Of a stretch of DNA of 64,000 bases, positions 48,501-61,912 are shown piece by piece. Each line of letters opens with the position of its first letter. Position 1 is the stretch's first letter. A program made the position numbers and the translations under genes. The notes under the pieces are model-generated. The model searched no databases and was not told the origin of the DNA. It saw only the letters and a list, made by a program, of their open reading frames with translations. The DNA comes from Squalus acanthias (Eukaryota): contig CM059432.1 of assembly GCA_030390025.1 (NCBI GenBank), positions 136,588,001 to 136,652,000 of the forward strand, read 5' to 3'.

Positions 48501-49167
48501 GGGGTAACAATTGGGTAGCGCCCAAAAAAAGTTAGCGTCCCCGCGACCGATTTTCTCAGGTAGCGCCCAGAGAGGGAGGAGGGGCGCTACTGGAAGCGCC
48601 CCGCGTCCCTATTGGGGCGCTGTGAGCCAATATCGCGGCATGTCGCGCCGCGGTACTGCAGGCCTTCCTCCCCTTATTAAAGGGGAGAGGCCTGGCGCAG
48701 CACATCCCGGCGCCCAGCTGGGCCACCAGGGAGCGGGAGTGCCAGCAAACGAGCCCGGCACTCAAGAGGAGTGCCGGGCTCACGGAGAGCAGCCGGCACC
48801 CCGCGGGGGGGCTTCACGGGGGCCGGGGACGGCAGAGGGGGCAGGTGCTGGCAGGCGGCCAGCAACAAAAATGGCCGCCCACCACCTCCCCTTTAACTCG
48901 CACCTCCCCGGCCTCAGGTAGGCCCCCCCTGACCCTGGCGGACATAGTGTCCGGCGGTAAGTCGGGAGGCGCCACTCAATATTACAGCCGGGGCGCTGCG
49001 TACAGTGATGACGTCATCTCCGGCGGCGCAGCACCACTAACGGTTAGCACCGCTGCTAACCTCCCGCTGAATTTCACGGGAGGTGTTAGCGGCGCCGCGT
49101 CCCAGGCGTTAGTTGATTTGCGCCACATTAGCGTCCTAAGAGGCGCAAATCAACCGAATTTAGCCCC
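48501..49167. mobile_element. GC/CpG-rich PIF/Harbinger-type MITE
   Basis: TSD AAG (48498-48500, 49168-49170); imperfect TIRs GGGGTAACAATTGG / CCGAATTTAGCCCC; repeated tagcg motifs. Confidence 0.75.
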
Positions 49168-50599
49168 AAGGCTTATTGGGTAGAATGGCGGTTCACTATT
49201 GTATCCACACTGTTTCTTTTTTGCTGTCCAGTTTAGATGGAGCCACAGACACAACTGAATACAAATGAAGGGAGTTTATTAAGACACAAGGAAAGTAGAT
49301 TATCATTCATTTATACACCAGGTCACATTCTGTACCACAGACTATTCCGATCCACCAGGCAAAACAATATCTTAATAATGTACATAATCAGATGCACTCT
49401 ACCTGCAGTTAAACAAGGCAAATTGAATCAAGATAGTGCTCCCACATCAGGCAAGTACATTGCAAGCTACTGTACTTCCAAACATGCTACTTTGTTATAT
49501 ACGCTAAACATTGCTGAACCTGATATTAATATACATTTTCAGGCCTTTTGACCAAAGAAAGAGATGGGGAAGAACAGATTAGTAATTGGAGAGCAAGTAA
49601 AATAAATCTATCTAAATTAGACCAGCCCTAGCTTTTTCCCCAGAAGCTTTTCCTTGGGCTGCCAACTTTGAGAAAATGTTAAGAGTAGAATTTATGATTA
49701 CAAAGAGTGCATCAGATTGCAAATTTGTTTAATACTTATGAAGTTGTGTTTAAATGCTCGAAATGACCGAATCTCACTCCTGATTGATGAGACCTGAATA
49801 GACTTATACTGGAGTTTTCTAGTGGTTGAACACCAGGGTAATACTGGGGGTGCAATCGCTTGAAAACAGAGTGACTTTTCGCTTCCCTTAGGAACAAAAG
49901 AAGTCTCATTCACTACCCTCTGACATATCTGGTGGCTTTTCTTTCCCCTGATAACATACTTTTTTACTAAGTCCTCATTTTGGCTGTGCTCAGGTCATGT
50001 TCCCCTTCTTTGGAGCTTTAACCATTCACTGTCTTAAAGATAGATACACTCTCTAACAAAACTATTAAAGTTACTCTACCTGGTCTTGGAATCCTTATTG
50101 TTGACTCTGGGTGAAAAACAAAAGGGGGATAAATATTCTATTGCCTAGATGGCATCAGTGAAATCTCTCCTTTTGATCAGTGCAAAAATAATTTCTGAAC
50201 CAGTAACTTTCTTTGGTGTTACTTTATTAAGCAGTCATTGGCACTTGACTTGGGATGACAGCTACTGGCAGGTGTTACCTCGAGGTCAGATAGGCGAACG
50301 CTCTCTATTATATACCCTGAGTTTGGTGCCTACTGGGTTGCAGAATGAAGAACCGTTGCTGCTGAATTCATACTTTCATATCTCCAAATGGTAAATCCAC
50401 CTTTTGATGGCGAATGGTGTGTGTCAGGCAGTTGGTGGCAATGCATCACACATGCCGTTTTGAGTACCTTTCAGGTATATATTTGCCTAGGGCTCAAACC
50501 TGTGCTCATCATTATCTAACAATCGAGAAGTGACTACCCTCCCCAGGGGAGTGAAAGAGGCAAGTAGGGTTTCTATGTTAGCTCTAAGATATACCAGGG

Positions 50600-50925
50600 A
50601 TTAGAAACTATTTCCTCTCGTGGGGGAATCAAGAACAAGGGGGCATCTTTCTAAAATTAGAGCTAGGCTATTCAGGAGCGAAATCAGAAAGCAGTTTTTC
50701 ACACGAAGGGTGGTAGAAATCCAGAATTCTCTCCCCCAAAAGGTTGTGGAGGGTGGGACAATTGGAGCTTTCAAGACTGAGATAGATTTTTGTTTGGTAA
50801 GGGTTTCAAGGGATATGGAGCAGAGGGGGGGAAATGGAATTGAAGTGCAGATCAGCCATAGTTGAATGGTGGAGCAGGCCCGAGGAACTGAATGGCCTAC
50901 TCCTGTTCCTAATGCTCCTATTTTT
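50600..50925 (+). mobile_element. CR1 LINE 3' end
   Basis: GESRTRGH..FFTRRVVEIQNSLP. Confidence 0.85.
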
Positions 50926-51054
50926 GGAACTGAGTTCATCTATGGCAGACTAATACCTGTGACAGACAGGTCAACAGTACTCCTGGGTGCTGGTGATGAC
51001 TGACCAGCCTATCTGATTCATTGTTGGGGGCTGGAAGGGTAGACCAGTCACTGA

Positions 51055-51283
51055 GGAACATAGGAATATAGGAACAGGAGGAGGCCATTCAGCCCCTCGA
51101 GCCTGTTCCACCATTCAATTAGATCATGGCTGATCTGTATCTTAACTCCATCTACCCGCCTTGGTTCCCTAACCCTATTACCCTTGCCGAACAAAAACGT
51201 ATCAATCTCAGTTTTGACATTTTCAATTGATCGCCAGGCTCAACAGCTTTTTGGAGGAAAGAGTTCAAGAATTCCACTACCCT
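51055..51283 (-). mobile_element. CR1 LINE 3' end
   Basis: (cataggaa) tail, ggaggccattcagcccctcgagcctg. Confidence 0.85.
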
Positions 51284-52159
51284 AAGAGTAGGAATTCTTC
51301 CGACCGCACTCCAGATAACCCTGAAAGTCAATGCAATAATAGGTTGGGTAGTCCCAGCAAGCTTACTGTTAGTCTGAGCTAGTAAGTTGCGTGCTTTTAG
51401 CTAGCTAACCTAATAGCGGTACCCCTATGAATACTTGGCGATCCCAAAGTCTTTGCACTTGTCAAGCTCCAACTCATTTCTTTGGCTTAGATAAATGGAG
51501 TGCACCCTATTTGGGGAGGGCGAGTGAGCAGTCTCTATTGGATATGTGGATTTTTCATTAGCTTGGCTTGGAGACTCTTAAGCATCATAATGGGTTTTGC
51601 CATGTGTCAGACACTCAAACTGACCCAAAAAAATCAATGCCTCTTAAGAGCAAATAGGTTTTTTTTCTAATTAAAAGGTGCTTAGGATAGAATAGGTCTT
51701 ATCATAAATTTACATTTTCAGTATTGACAGTAATGCAACACTTTTGCAATTGTTCCAAATCCATTTTCGTTTTAAGAAGAATAATGAACAGAAACACAAA
51801 ACACGTACTTAAGTTTAAAGGAAAACTTCAAATCAGACAGCTCTCAGTTATGTGTGAAAAATCACGTAAGTGCCGGGTGTTTGGCTCCTTGACTTCTTTC
51901 ATATGAAGCTCCAAACACAACTTTGTAAATAGAACAGGATGTATTTTATAATAACTGGTGACAGTAATACAAGTCAGCAACTGCAACAACATGTCACCTT
52001 TCATTTCTCTCTCTTTCTCTCCTCCCACCACCCGCCCCCTCCCTCTCCCTGATAAGTAGATCCTCTCAGTGCTCTTCCATGTGAAGAGATAGTGGTATAT
52101 AGAATTCGTCTTGCGGTTGTTCCAAATATCTGTTTATCCCCTCCATTCTGGGGTTACTG

Positions 52160-52475
52160 TCTCACTTGCGCCCGTCACGCTCCAATACCTTGTCCAATCT
52201 TCACGTGAGCGCCTTTACCATGAGTGTTGCTAGACTATTTGCCCGGGAGGGAGTATTGCAGCCCTGCCCGATTCTGTCCTCACCCAATCTCCACACACGG
52301 GCATTTCCAGCATGGGTTACTGGCCAGTGATCAGGAACAGGAAACCCGCTGATTTTCCTCTCTCTAACTCCGGGCCATCAAGATCAGTTGCAGCGCCCCT
52401 AGGCTGGCTCAACTCAGCTAACTCACCCTGGCACCAACCAGGGATCGGACCTGTGGGCCTTCCTGGTCTCCACTC
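52160..52475 (-). mobile_element. Probable older tRNA-derived SINE, family unassigned
   Basis: B-box-like gggatcggacctg..ccttcctggtct at the right end; GC-richer than flanks. Confidence 0.4.
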
Positions 52476-52562
52476 CTCACAGGATAAACTTGCTGAGTCA
52501 TTGAATATATTTGAAGTGTCTATTAATCCTTGACTTTAGAAACAGCTGTGTCTTGGAAAAGG

Positions 52563-52745
52563 AGCTTTTAAGGGGAAGCTAGATAAACACATGAGGGAGA
52601 AAGGAATAGAAGGTTATGCTGACAGAGTGAGATGAAGAGGGGTGGGAGGAGGCTCGTGTGGAGCTTAAACACCGGCATGGACCAGTTGGGCTGAATGGCC
52701 TGTTTCTGTGCTGTACATTCTATGTAACTCTATGTAATTCTATGC
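52563..52745 (+). mobile_element. CR1 LINE 3' end
   Basis: tttaaggggaagctagataaacacatgagggagaaagg; (ctatgtaa)n tail. Confidence 0.85.
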
Positions 52746-54287
52746 AACATCCTGGGGATTGCACATACACAATTATATACACAACTTCACCAGCACCCCC
52801 CCACCCCCCACTTGCCCCAGCAGTGGGACAAGCCACAACTCTTCCTTCCCACAGCCCAGTCCCTCAGGATCATTACAACTGATACCCAGGATAAATGGGT
52901 GGTTTTATTGCTTTAAAGCTTCAAGATGCACTGCAGGTGTAAAAAAAAATAGCTTGCTGCAAGAGAAACAGCTTACTATTAATAGAGATTTAGTGCAAAA
53001 GAAATAAATTGGAGAAAGAAACAGTGCACCTAGGGCCAAGTTATTCTCACCATCCTGGCTTGGGGTGAATCCACCTGTATCAAGTTCTGGAAATGTATAT
53101 TAAAATGTATTTTACAATAGGACACCATATTAACTCTGTTGTTGAATATTTCTAAAGCTGCAAGTGGGATTCAGCATTGAAAGGGTTAAGTATCCCAGAA
53201 TCATAATGGAAGGCTGCTTGAAGACACGATGCAGCACTGGCCAATCATTCTGTCTGAGCTCAGTATGGCCAAGTCTATGCAATGACGTGAGCCCAGAGCG
53301 AGACCATTAGACAATATTGTGATGTTGTTTTGACTCAGCTCTCCAAAAGCACTAATTGGGCACTCCTCAAGTCACTATTATTGAGGGGAAGCGGTTAGCT
53401 ACCTCTCAGTTCTTCTGTAAAAGATACCCTGTGCAGGAGAGGAGAAGCAGAACCATTCCCACATCAATGCCTCTTTCCAGTGATGGTTCCTCCCTTCTGC
53501 AGCCTCGGGCGTTTAACATATTGAAACAGTTCATCTTCCTCCGATGAACCCAATAATTCTGCCAGGTAGAGGGCTGAGGTTCATACTTCTTCATGTTGTC
53601 TGCTTGCCACATATCTCCACTGATCTCCCCTGTCTGCTAAGGTTTACAGCTCAAATGGTTGGAGCCCAGTGAATGCAGTTATTACCATCATCAATAACCT
53701 GACAATTTTTATCCGTCTTTTATTTTTTCTTCCTCTCTTTCATCCTTGTCCTCTCAGCCTGGATAATGTGCATTTTGGAATCGCTGATCGATGTAAACTC
53801 TGTTGGACTGTAGCAATGTTTTTAAAGAGTCATTGCTGAAATAGCGCGCAGGGGGGGATGAAAATGCCCAGTTTCAGCATGACTGGCGGAAGAAGCAAAA
53901 CTGTCATGTCACATCAGGCAACCCATACTTATTAAGTTCATTGTAATGGGGGATTTAACTGTGAGGATAAGATGGTTGATTTGGAGAGGAAGAGAAATTA
54001 GCATGCACTACAGGTAAGGAAACTTAAAGGGGCATCTTGTTAGGCTCATCAATTATGCTAAGAGGTTACCAATAGCAACAGCACTATCCAATATGTTGGG
54101 TGAAATGGGAATCTGCGACACTCTTCTCAATAACGCAGTTGCTTAAATTTAAACAGTGTAATTTTTATGTAAAAGGTTGATGTTTTTGATGACAATGCTG
54201 CTTTAAATCTAATAAATCTTGGAAGTGTTCCTTAAATAGTACTTCTAAAAAAACTATTATATCTGACTTTTCAGCCAAATTTATAGT

Positions 54288-54455
54288 ACAACAACAACAA
54301 CAACAACTTGCATTTATATAGCACTTTTAACGTACGTCCCAAGGCGCCCCACAGGTGCGTAATCAGACAAAATTTGACACCAAGTCACGTAAGCAGATAT
54401 TAGGCCAGGTGGCCAAAAGCTTGGTCAAAGAGGTAGGTTTAAAGGAGGTGAGAGA
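54288..54455 (-). mobile_element. L2 LINE 3' end
   Basis: (caa)n-cttgcatttatatagcac; aaatttgacaccaag. Confidence 0.8.
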
Positions 54456-55859
54456 ATGGAAATTAAATGAAAAGAGATTACCAAAACAGTTGAAACTTAA
54501 TTCTAAAGATGTTAAAGGGAAGATAACCAAAGAAAATATCGAGCAAGTAAGCAGGAGAAGAGAAATGAAGAAGAGATAGGATCGTCAAAACTGTTGCACA
54601 ACAGGTGCACAGCAGGAGGGTGTGATTGACACGACAGAATGAAGTGTAAAATGACATTAAGGATGCATGCAGGACAAAAAGGAATAAAAAGATTAACTGA
54701 TTGCTCAGGGAATTCCCATCTAGGCAAGATGAGAACACAGAAGTTCAAATGCAGGTGCTTTGAAATTCTGTAACACAGGAACATTCATGATACAAAGTGA
54801 AGCCCCATGCATCCTGAAATGCCAGGATGTTACTTACCACCAGTGGCAATATTCCATAATGTGTGGTAACATTGCCAACACGGATTCTTGAAAAGGTTTA
54901 TAAGCCTATGCAAGGATGTATAGTAGTGCCACTGCATATTTTAAATGTCCCGTAAAATAGCACGTGAGAGACTTGTAGCAGGGTGGATTAAAATGGTTTT
55001 GCTTTCAGCTCTAAGATCTACATTTGCATCCAAGCTAGACTCTTGAGATAAAGAATCCATCTCTTTACCAGTTACAAGAGTCCTAAGTAAAATGTGCTTG
55101 GGTTGGCAAAAGTCAACAGTACAAAACTGCTCATAATGCAACATTGATTTGACTGCCTCACTCAAATGGCCACAAGAATGCCTGGAAAGGTCGCACTAGT
55201 TCCATAAGGGCGTTCTTCTGAGGTTGCAGATGAAGCCTTTTGCTGGGGCAATGTAGGAGGAGCTTTTTATCCTTCATTTTACAAATTCTATATATCGTTT
55301 GGGAGCATTAGATGCTCGCACTGGGTGGAAAAGGTGGAATCCCGTTCCATTGTCCTGCATTCCCTCACCTTGATTGGCATAAAATTTTGGTAAATATTGT
55401 TTCACTAAAAAAAAAAGATAAAGAATACAGAGAGGCCAGTTTTCAGCTCAGAATAGCTTTTGCTGGGACCTATGGGTTGTGACAACCTGAAGGTGCTGAG
55501 TAATCTGGGCTTGGGTTAGTTCTACAACCATCTCCGGCAGGGTTATTATTTAAGCACGGGTTGACTTTTCCAATGTAAGTCACAATTTAGACGATAGATT
55601 TCAGAGCATGGTCGGACATAATGGCACAAATAGATTTTGTGCAACTTTCATTTGGAAGTGGAGGAGCACCACACTCAACGTTGATACTCTCATCTGCATC
55701 CACATGTGGATGGCTCAAGCAGGGGTCTACGGGCACCAGTGAGGAGCTGGAACATGAGCTGTTTTTACCACAAAATGTTATTTTTCCCCTTGCTAGAATG
55801 CTTGTTGTCATTCTATTCCTGACACAGAGGAATGGCAGGTTCTTCATCAGGAGTGAAGC

Positions 55860-56475
55860 TTATAATTTGATAGAGGCATTCCAAATTATGAAGTGGGTTT
55901 TGCTAGAGGAAATAAGGAGAAACTGTTTCCAGTGGCAGATGGTCGGTAACCAGAGGACACAGATTTAAGGTCATTGGCAAATGAACCAGAGGCGAGATGA
56001 GGAAACCTTTTTTTTTACGCAGCGAGTTGTGATGATCTGGAATGCACTGCCTGAAAGGGCGGTGGAAGCAGATTCAATAAAACATTCAAAAGGGAATTGG
56101 AAAGCGAGTGGTGAGGACCTGGAACTCGCTGCCGACGGAAGTGGTGGAAGCGGAGACACTCAATGTTTTCAAGGGGAGACTGGATAGGCACTTGAGGGAA
56201 ATAAACTTGCAGGGCTACGGGGATAGAGCGGGGGAATAGGACTGACTGGATTGCTCTACAGAGAGCCGGCACGGACTCGATGGGCCGAATGGTCTCCTTC
56301 TGCGCCTGTTATGACTCTGTGACTGGATATATACTTGAAGGTGAAGAATTTTGTGGGGCTTTAGGGGAAAGAGCAGGGGAAAAAGACTAATGGAATAGCT
56401 CTTCGAAAGAGCCAGCACAGGCACAATTGCCCAAATGGCCTCCTTCTGTGCTGTACCATTCTATGATTCTATGAT
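55860..56475 (+). mobile_element. CR1 3' fragment with a second CR1 3' fragment nested at ~56102-56321
   Basis: FFFTQRVVMIWNALP; aaagggaattgg..gatatatacttgaag is split by a different-subfamily segment with its own (atgactct) tail. Confidence 0.8.
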
Positions 56476-56579
56476 AACCCTGCGTTCTGGTGGATCATCT
56501 GAGGGAAGAATGAGAAAACTTAGAAAGTCACTTCCTCCAACAACCAAGTGAGACAAAAGAGTAACAGTGGCCATGCCCG

Positions 56580-56707
56580 TGTAGGTTATGGGGAGCGGAC
56601 TGGGAAGTGGCTTTGAGCCCCAGATCAGCCATGATCTTATTGAATGGCGGAGCAGGCTCGAGGGGCCAAGTAGCCTATTCCTGCTCCGATTTCTTATGTT
56701 CTTATGT
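56580..56707 (+). mobile_element. CR1 3'UTR fragment
   Basis: gatcagccatgatcttattgaatggcggagcaggctcgag; (ttcttatg) tail. Confidence 0.82.
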
Positions 56708-57384
56708 ACTGGTCTACCCTATCAAACAAGAGGAACGTGTATGCACGGAGGCAACTAGTGAGGGGAAGTAACAGAAAAATCACAAGCAAAAATAGAATTC
56801 GGGATAAGATCAATTTTCAGTTAGAACTTATCCATAATCTAATCTTGCTGGAGCCATTTTGTGATCAGCCATTCTCAGTAACAAAACTTGCGACTTGCCA
56901 TCAAAACCAGTGCTTTCATGCTTAAAACAATGCAATAATAAATCAGCACGAAGGGATTGTACACTAACACATGGCAGGCAACAATCATCCTGCCATTAAC
57001 GGTTAAGTTAGAGACAGAGGAATTTGAATGCAAACGTCTGATAGGCAGCAGACTGACATGAGTTTCTTACTAGTGCCCCCATATGGAATGAAATTTGTGA
57101 CTGCACCACACAGGGAAAGATCCTAGCATTTATGTTGAAATCTCAAGAAGTACAGAGAATATCATGCATCCATTAGATAAAGTCTCAGATATGTTTTTTT
57201 TTTAAAAGTATGAATTCTTGCCACTCTGATAAAATCTCTTAAACACAACACAACAATGACGCATTAAAATTAGAAAATCAGGCTCTGAAGGAAAGCAGCA
57301 TTTTCTTCTAATGTTATTTATCCGATGAGTTTTATATATTGGTGAGTGCGTGTGCATATTTAGAATACATTATAAATATTAATA

Positions 57385-57410
57385 TATGTGTGTGTGTGTG
57401 TGCATGTGTA
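57385..57410. repeat. (TG)n microsatellite
   Basis: tatgtgtgtgtgtgtgtgcatgtg. Confidence 0.8.
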
Positions 57411-59161
57411 TATAATATATGTAGCTCCTTAATTTGTTAAGGGTTGTTTTCCTTGCTTAACAAATAGAAAGGGTTGGCTATAGTGTTCGCTGTACACAGA
57501 AAAGCTTGCAGCCAGCAGCTTAAACACAATTACTGAACACTGTCTCTCCATCATCGATGGGTCCACTCAACTCATCCCTAACGATCTGCTCTTCGTAACC
57601 TAACTTTTCCAGAGACTGCATTAATGAACCCAATAAATAAAGCATTGTACCGCCCATCCATTACACACATTAATTTTAGAACAAAACATTAATCAATTCA
57701 AATTTATGTACTAATGCAGACACAATCAATTTGAGCTTCTTATGACAATTAACAAAGCCTTAGCTACAACCCTAAAACACACTGACCCATCAATTACAGT
57801 TTGCATCAAACCAACACTAATGGCACCTTCCCCATCCTTAGGCTGTCTGTGCCCCACCTGATTGGTCAATTTGGACCCAGCCGATCAATTAATATAAATT
57901 ATACATGCAAGGAATAATGGGTTAATATCATAAGTTCATTTAATTAATTGCGTTTGATTAAATGAGGTACTTTCATTAGCCTACTTAGCCATGAACCATA
58001 TATACATCATCGTAATCCTTTTACAAGCTCAGCCACTGAGACAGAGGGCCGACACTGGGAGCATATTCATATTACTAGCCTCAACCAAGCAAACCTTCCT
58101 GCATAATTAACAATTAAACGAGCTGCACTCACTTAAGCTGAAAAGAAAACTGTTCACATCAACCTCTCTGGTGCTGTTTAATTTGAAGATGTCGTGGCTA
58201 AAACAAAGGTGAGGAGACAATGGTAATTAAAAAATTTAAAAGGGCAAGAGGAGATTTGCTTCCAATACCAGTAAAGGAGGAAAAGGACCACCTCAGAGAT
58301 GCCTACAATTAGTTCTGTTCTAAAATGCCAACCTGTAGCTTTGCTCATTCCACATTGTTCTTATTCTATGGCAATAGACAATTTAACTGCCCTAAACTGG
58401 GCAGAGGGTGCAAGTAAAGTTCAGTGTTTATGAGTAAATTGCCCTTTTTTATCAGCCCTGGGATTCTTCCTTGAATTGATCTGGACTTACTGTTGTAAAG
58501 CAAGCTCTTTCCTCTGAGGTAGCTCATGTATTGCTAATTCAGCATTTCAAATGAATCACACGTTTAAGTATAATGATTAACCCCACTTTTCAAAAAAACG
58601 GCAGTTTTGCGGCTCGCAGATGCAAAATAATGCCAACTATTTACCAATTAAAACTGCGCAGCAACTTCAATAATCCCTAAAAGAATCCCTTACTAATCAC
58701 TTTTATATAAATAACAGAATTATTATATAAACTGTACCTGAATCCTTGCGAGTTGTCAACAAAAATACCTTAGCGGAAAGGGCAATTCGAAGCACTGATT
58801 ACAGAACTAAAAAAATTAATATAAGGATGTTAATTGGCAATCTTCCTCACTAAATTATCAATTAGTTCCCACTAAGGGCTTAAACTACACCCCATTTTTG
58901 AGCTGAAATTCTGCAGAGTGCCATTTTAAGCACTGTTTAACCTGTGTGTGTAAAATTCCTTGTTTTGCAAGGTTGTCAACCTGTTTCTAATAAACGTGTT
59001 CATGATTGTCCAAATGGCACACAGAGGGATTTTACACAACCATATCAATCCATCCGCTAAAAGTAGTGCTATGGGGAATTTGAAACCTCTTCTTTTCATA
59101 TATGGATTCCTTTACTAAGATTTCAGTAAGTGAATGGTCTGTATCTTTTAGAACACTTTTA

Positions 59162-59629
59162 AAGAAGAAAGACTTGCATTTCTATAGCGCCTTTCACCAC
59201 CTCAGGATGTCCCAAAGCGCTTCACAGCCAATGAAGTACTTTTGAAGTGTAGTCACTGTTGTAATATAGGAAACACAGCAGTCAATCAGCACACAGCAGG
59301 ATCCCACAAACAGCAATGCGATAACGACCAGATAATCTGTTTTAGTGATGTTGGTTGAGGGATAAATATTGGCCCCAGGACACCGGGGAGAACTCCCCTG
59401 CTCTTCTTCAAAATAGTGTCGTGGATCTTTTACGTCCACCTGAGAGAGCAGGCGGGACCTCGGTTTAACGTCTCATCCAAAAGACAGCACCTCTGACAGT
59501 GCAGCATCCCCTCAGCACTGCACTAAAGCGTCAGCCTCGATTTTGTGCTGAAGTCACTGGAGTGGAATTTGAACCCACAACCTTCTGAGTCAGAGGTGCG
59601 AGTGCTGCACACTGAGCCACGGCTGACAC
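59162..59629 (-). mobile_element. SacSINE1-like DeuSINE
   Basis: Full-length head-Deu-tail copy. Confidence 0.9.
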
Positions 59630-60644
59630 TTTTACTGCAGATTTGGCAGTCGGTTGTTGAATTGACCCTCAGGGTGGGGGGTTGCCTGAGTTTAAATCAG
59701 GGCTAAAGCCTCAAAATAAATGGGTAAAATGGTGGACATAGGAGTAATTGACAGAGGAATTTCTATAATTGTACGAAGTATTTATATCACAAGCATGATT
59801 TCAAAGCTTAAAAATATTCAAAGCACTTTTGTTTTCAATTAAAAACATACCGCAAGTGTTAGAATACGTCATAGCCTTATCACTTGCGAGTTATCTGCTC
59901 AGTCTCACTTGTAGAAATATTTATTATATCGCACTGCCCGCCATGATTTTTTTCTCCCTCCATAAAGAATGAATGAAGTTTTGTGCAAAGTAACTAAATC
60001 TCACCAAAATGAACAAGAAAAAAAAAATGCATCAAATTCTTCTACAATGTCAGTGATGAGGGACTTCAGTTATGTGGTGAGGCTGGAGAGGTTGGGGTTA
60101 TTCGCCTTAGAGCAGAGAAGGTTAAGAGGAGATTTAATAGAGGTGTTCAAAATCATAAAGGGCTAGAAATACGTGGCCTTAGAGCCACTCCGTAGCGTCA
60201 TTAAATGGCGCTAAAATGGCCACCGCCGCTCTTTCACCAGCTGCTGGCGGTTCCCGCGGCGGCCACCATTTTCGTCCTTACCTTTGGGCTGCCAGTAACT
60301 GGCAGCGCCAGCTCCAACAAAATGATGGTGTTGTGACGTAAATCGGCGTGCAACGCCGAATTTATGTCACAAGCATGAAATTCGACCCAAGTGCTGAATT
60401 CAGTGCTGGGTCCTAAGCATTCCAGGTAAACCTGGCATGCAAGCAGGCTGACAGTGGCAAGGTCTGGACCTCTTAAAGGGGACACACACATCGTTCAAGT
60501 AAGTTTGAATTTAAGGTTTTGGATTTTTTTTAAATTTTGCTGAAGTAGTGGCTTGCTGCAATAGATGTGAAAAGTTTTTTAAGTGTGTAGGGAGTGCTGC
60601 TGGACGCTTGCAAGGCCTTGGATGGTAAATGAAGGCCTTTGAGA

Positions 60645-60772
60645 AGACAGAACATGCTGCGAATACTCAGCAGGTCGGGCAACATCTGTGGAGAGAAAAA
60701 CAGAGTTCACATCTCAGGTCGAGATGCTGCCTGACCAGCTGAGTATTTCCAGCATTTTATGCTGTCATTTCA
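60645..60772. mobile_element. Penelope-like inverted terminus pair nested in the Harbinger element
   Basis: aatactcagcaggtcgggcaacatct and agatgctgcctgaccagctgagtatt are inverted; hammerhead core deleted. Confidence 0.75.
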
Positions 60773-61683
60773 CATTTACATCATCCGCTTGCAGAGGGAA
60801 CAGGAAGACACAGAAGAGGAGGAAGCAGAAGAGGAGGAATCAGAAGGAAGGATGCAGCCCAGACAGCCCCTGTGTGGCCGGGATATCTGGAATGGAATCA
60901 TCCATCCGCGGTCCCAGTGACCACAATCCCATGTCCCCTTTCAACATTAGTCCCAAACCTTACCTTCCCTCTGTTACTGACCATCACAACATCCTCTTGG
61001 TCACGATGCTGAAATAAAAGCCACCACAAAGCAAACTTTCGAATTCACCTATATATGTCTATCCATCAATGTGACGTCAAGAAATCAACTCATCACCCGT
61101 ATGCATTCTCTTAGTGACTGTCTTGTGTGTGCCTTTGCCTATCCTACTGATGTCATGCAATGCTACCACAGTGGCTGCAGCATGGCTGGTGGAAGGCTGC
61201 TGACTTTCAGTGGGGGACACTGCAAATGGCCTTGCTGGTTGACCTTGAGGAGCTGGTGGCTGGGCGTGTCAAATCAATCTTCTTCTTGTTCTTCTTCACT
61301 CTCCTCTTCTTGGTCACCCACTGGCTGGGCAGGCTGCATTTCTTGGGTGTGTGAAATAAGGAAGGCACAAGGGTGGAGTTGTGGTGATGGGAGAGCGGGA
61401 AAGCATGAGGTGCATGCTATAAGGAGGATAACGTATAAGGATACCAGCATCTTTTATCCTTTCAGCCCCGCCGCTGGCCAAGGGCTCAACCATGCCCCTG
61501 CCAAGAATGGCCTGCACCGTCTCCTCCAAGGGGGTGAGTGAGGCTAGGAATGGGAGATGTGCCTCGTGATTGGTGCATATTGTTGGTAGGTGAGTGATTG
61601 GGGGTGGGGGTTGTGCATTGAGCAGTGTGTGAGGCTAGTGGTGCAGTTGGTAGGAGTCAGCTTTTGAAGATGCATTCACTGAC

Positions 61684-61912
61684 CTTGACCACTGGTCTGA
61701 GCTCATGAAGCTTCTTTGGGCACTGGAGCCAGGCGGTGGAGGCTACACTGCTGGCAGTGATGGCCTCGGTGATGTACTCTCACATCATTCTTTCTGGAGG
61801 GCCTCCTGGCCCCTGTGGGTAGAGGGCTGCTCTTGCAATGTTGACCCCCTGCACAAAGCTGTAGTACTGCGTGCGAGACCCTGGGTGCCCCTTCCTTGGC
61901 TTGTTGAGCCAT
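61684..61912 (-). pseudogene. Harbinger-type Myb/SANT-like DNA-binding protein exon, decayed
   Basis: MAQQAKEGAPRVS..GARRPSR, then in another frame *EYITEAITASSVASTAWLQCPKKLHELRPVVK followed by a gtcagt donor; resembles the W..IA....RT..QC.KK..DL pattern. Confidence 0.65.

Noticed and set aside
53400..53640. Possible coding exon or transposase relic
   Set aside because: No recognisable motif or convincing splice pair.
55165..55385. Possible LF-SINE-like ancient repeat (also 30400-30600)
   Set aside because: Only a short ggggca.y.tggag-like similarity recalled from memory; cannot be supported without an HMM search.
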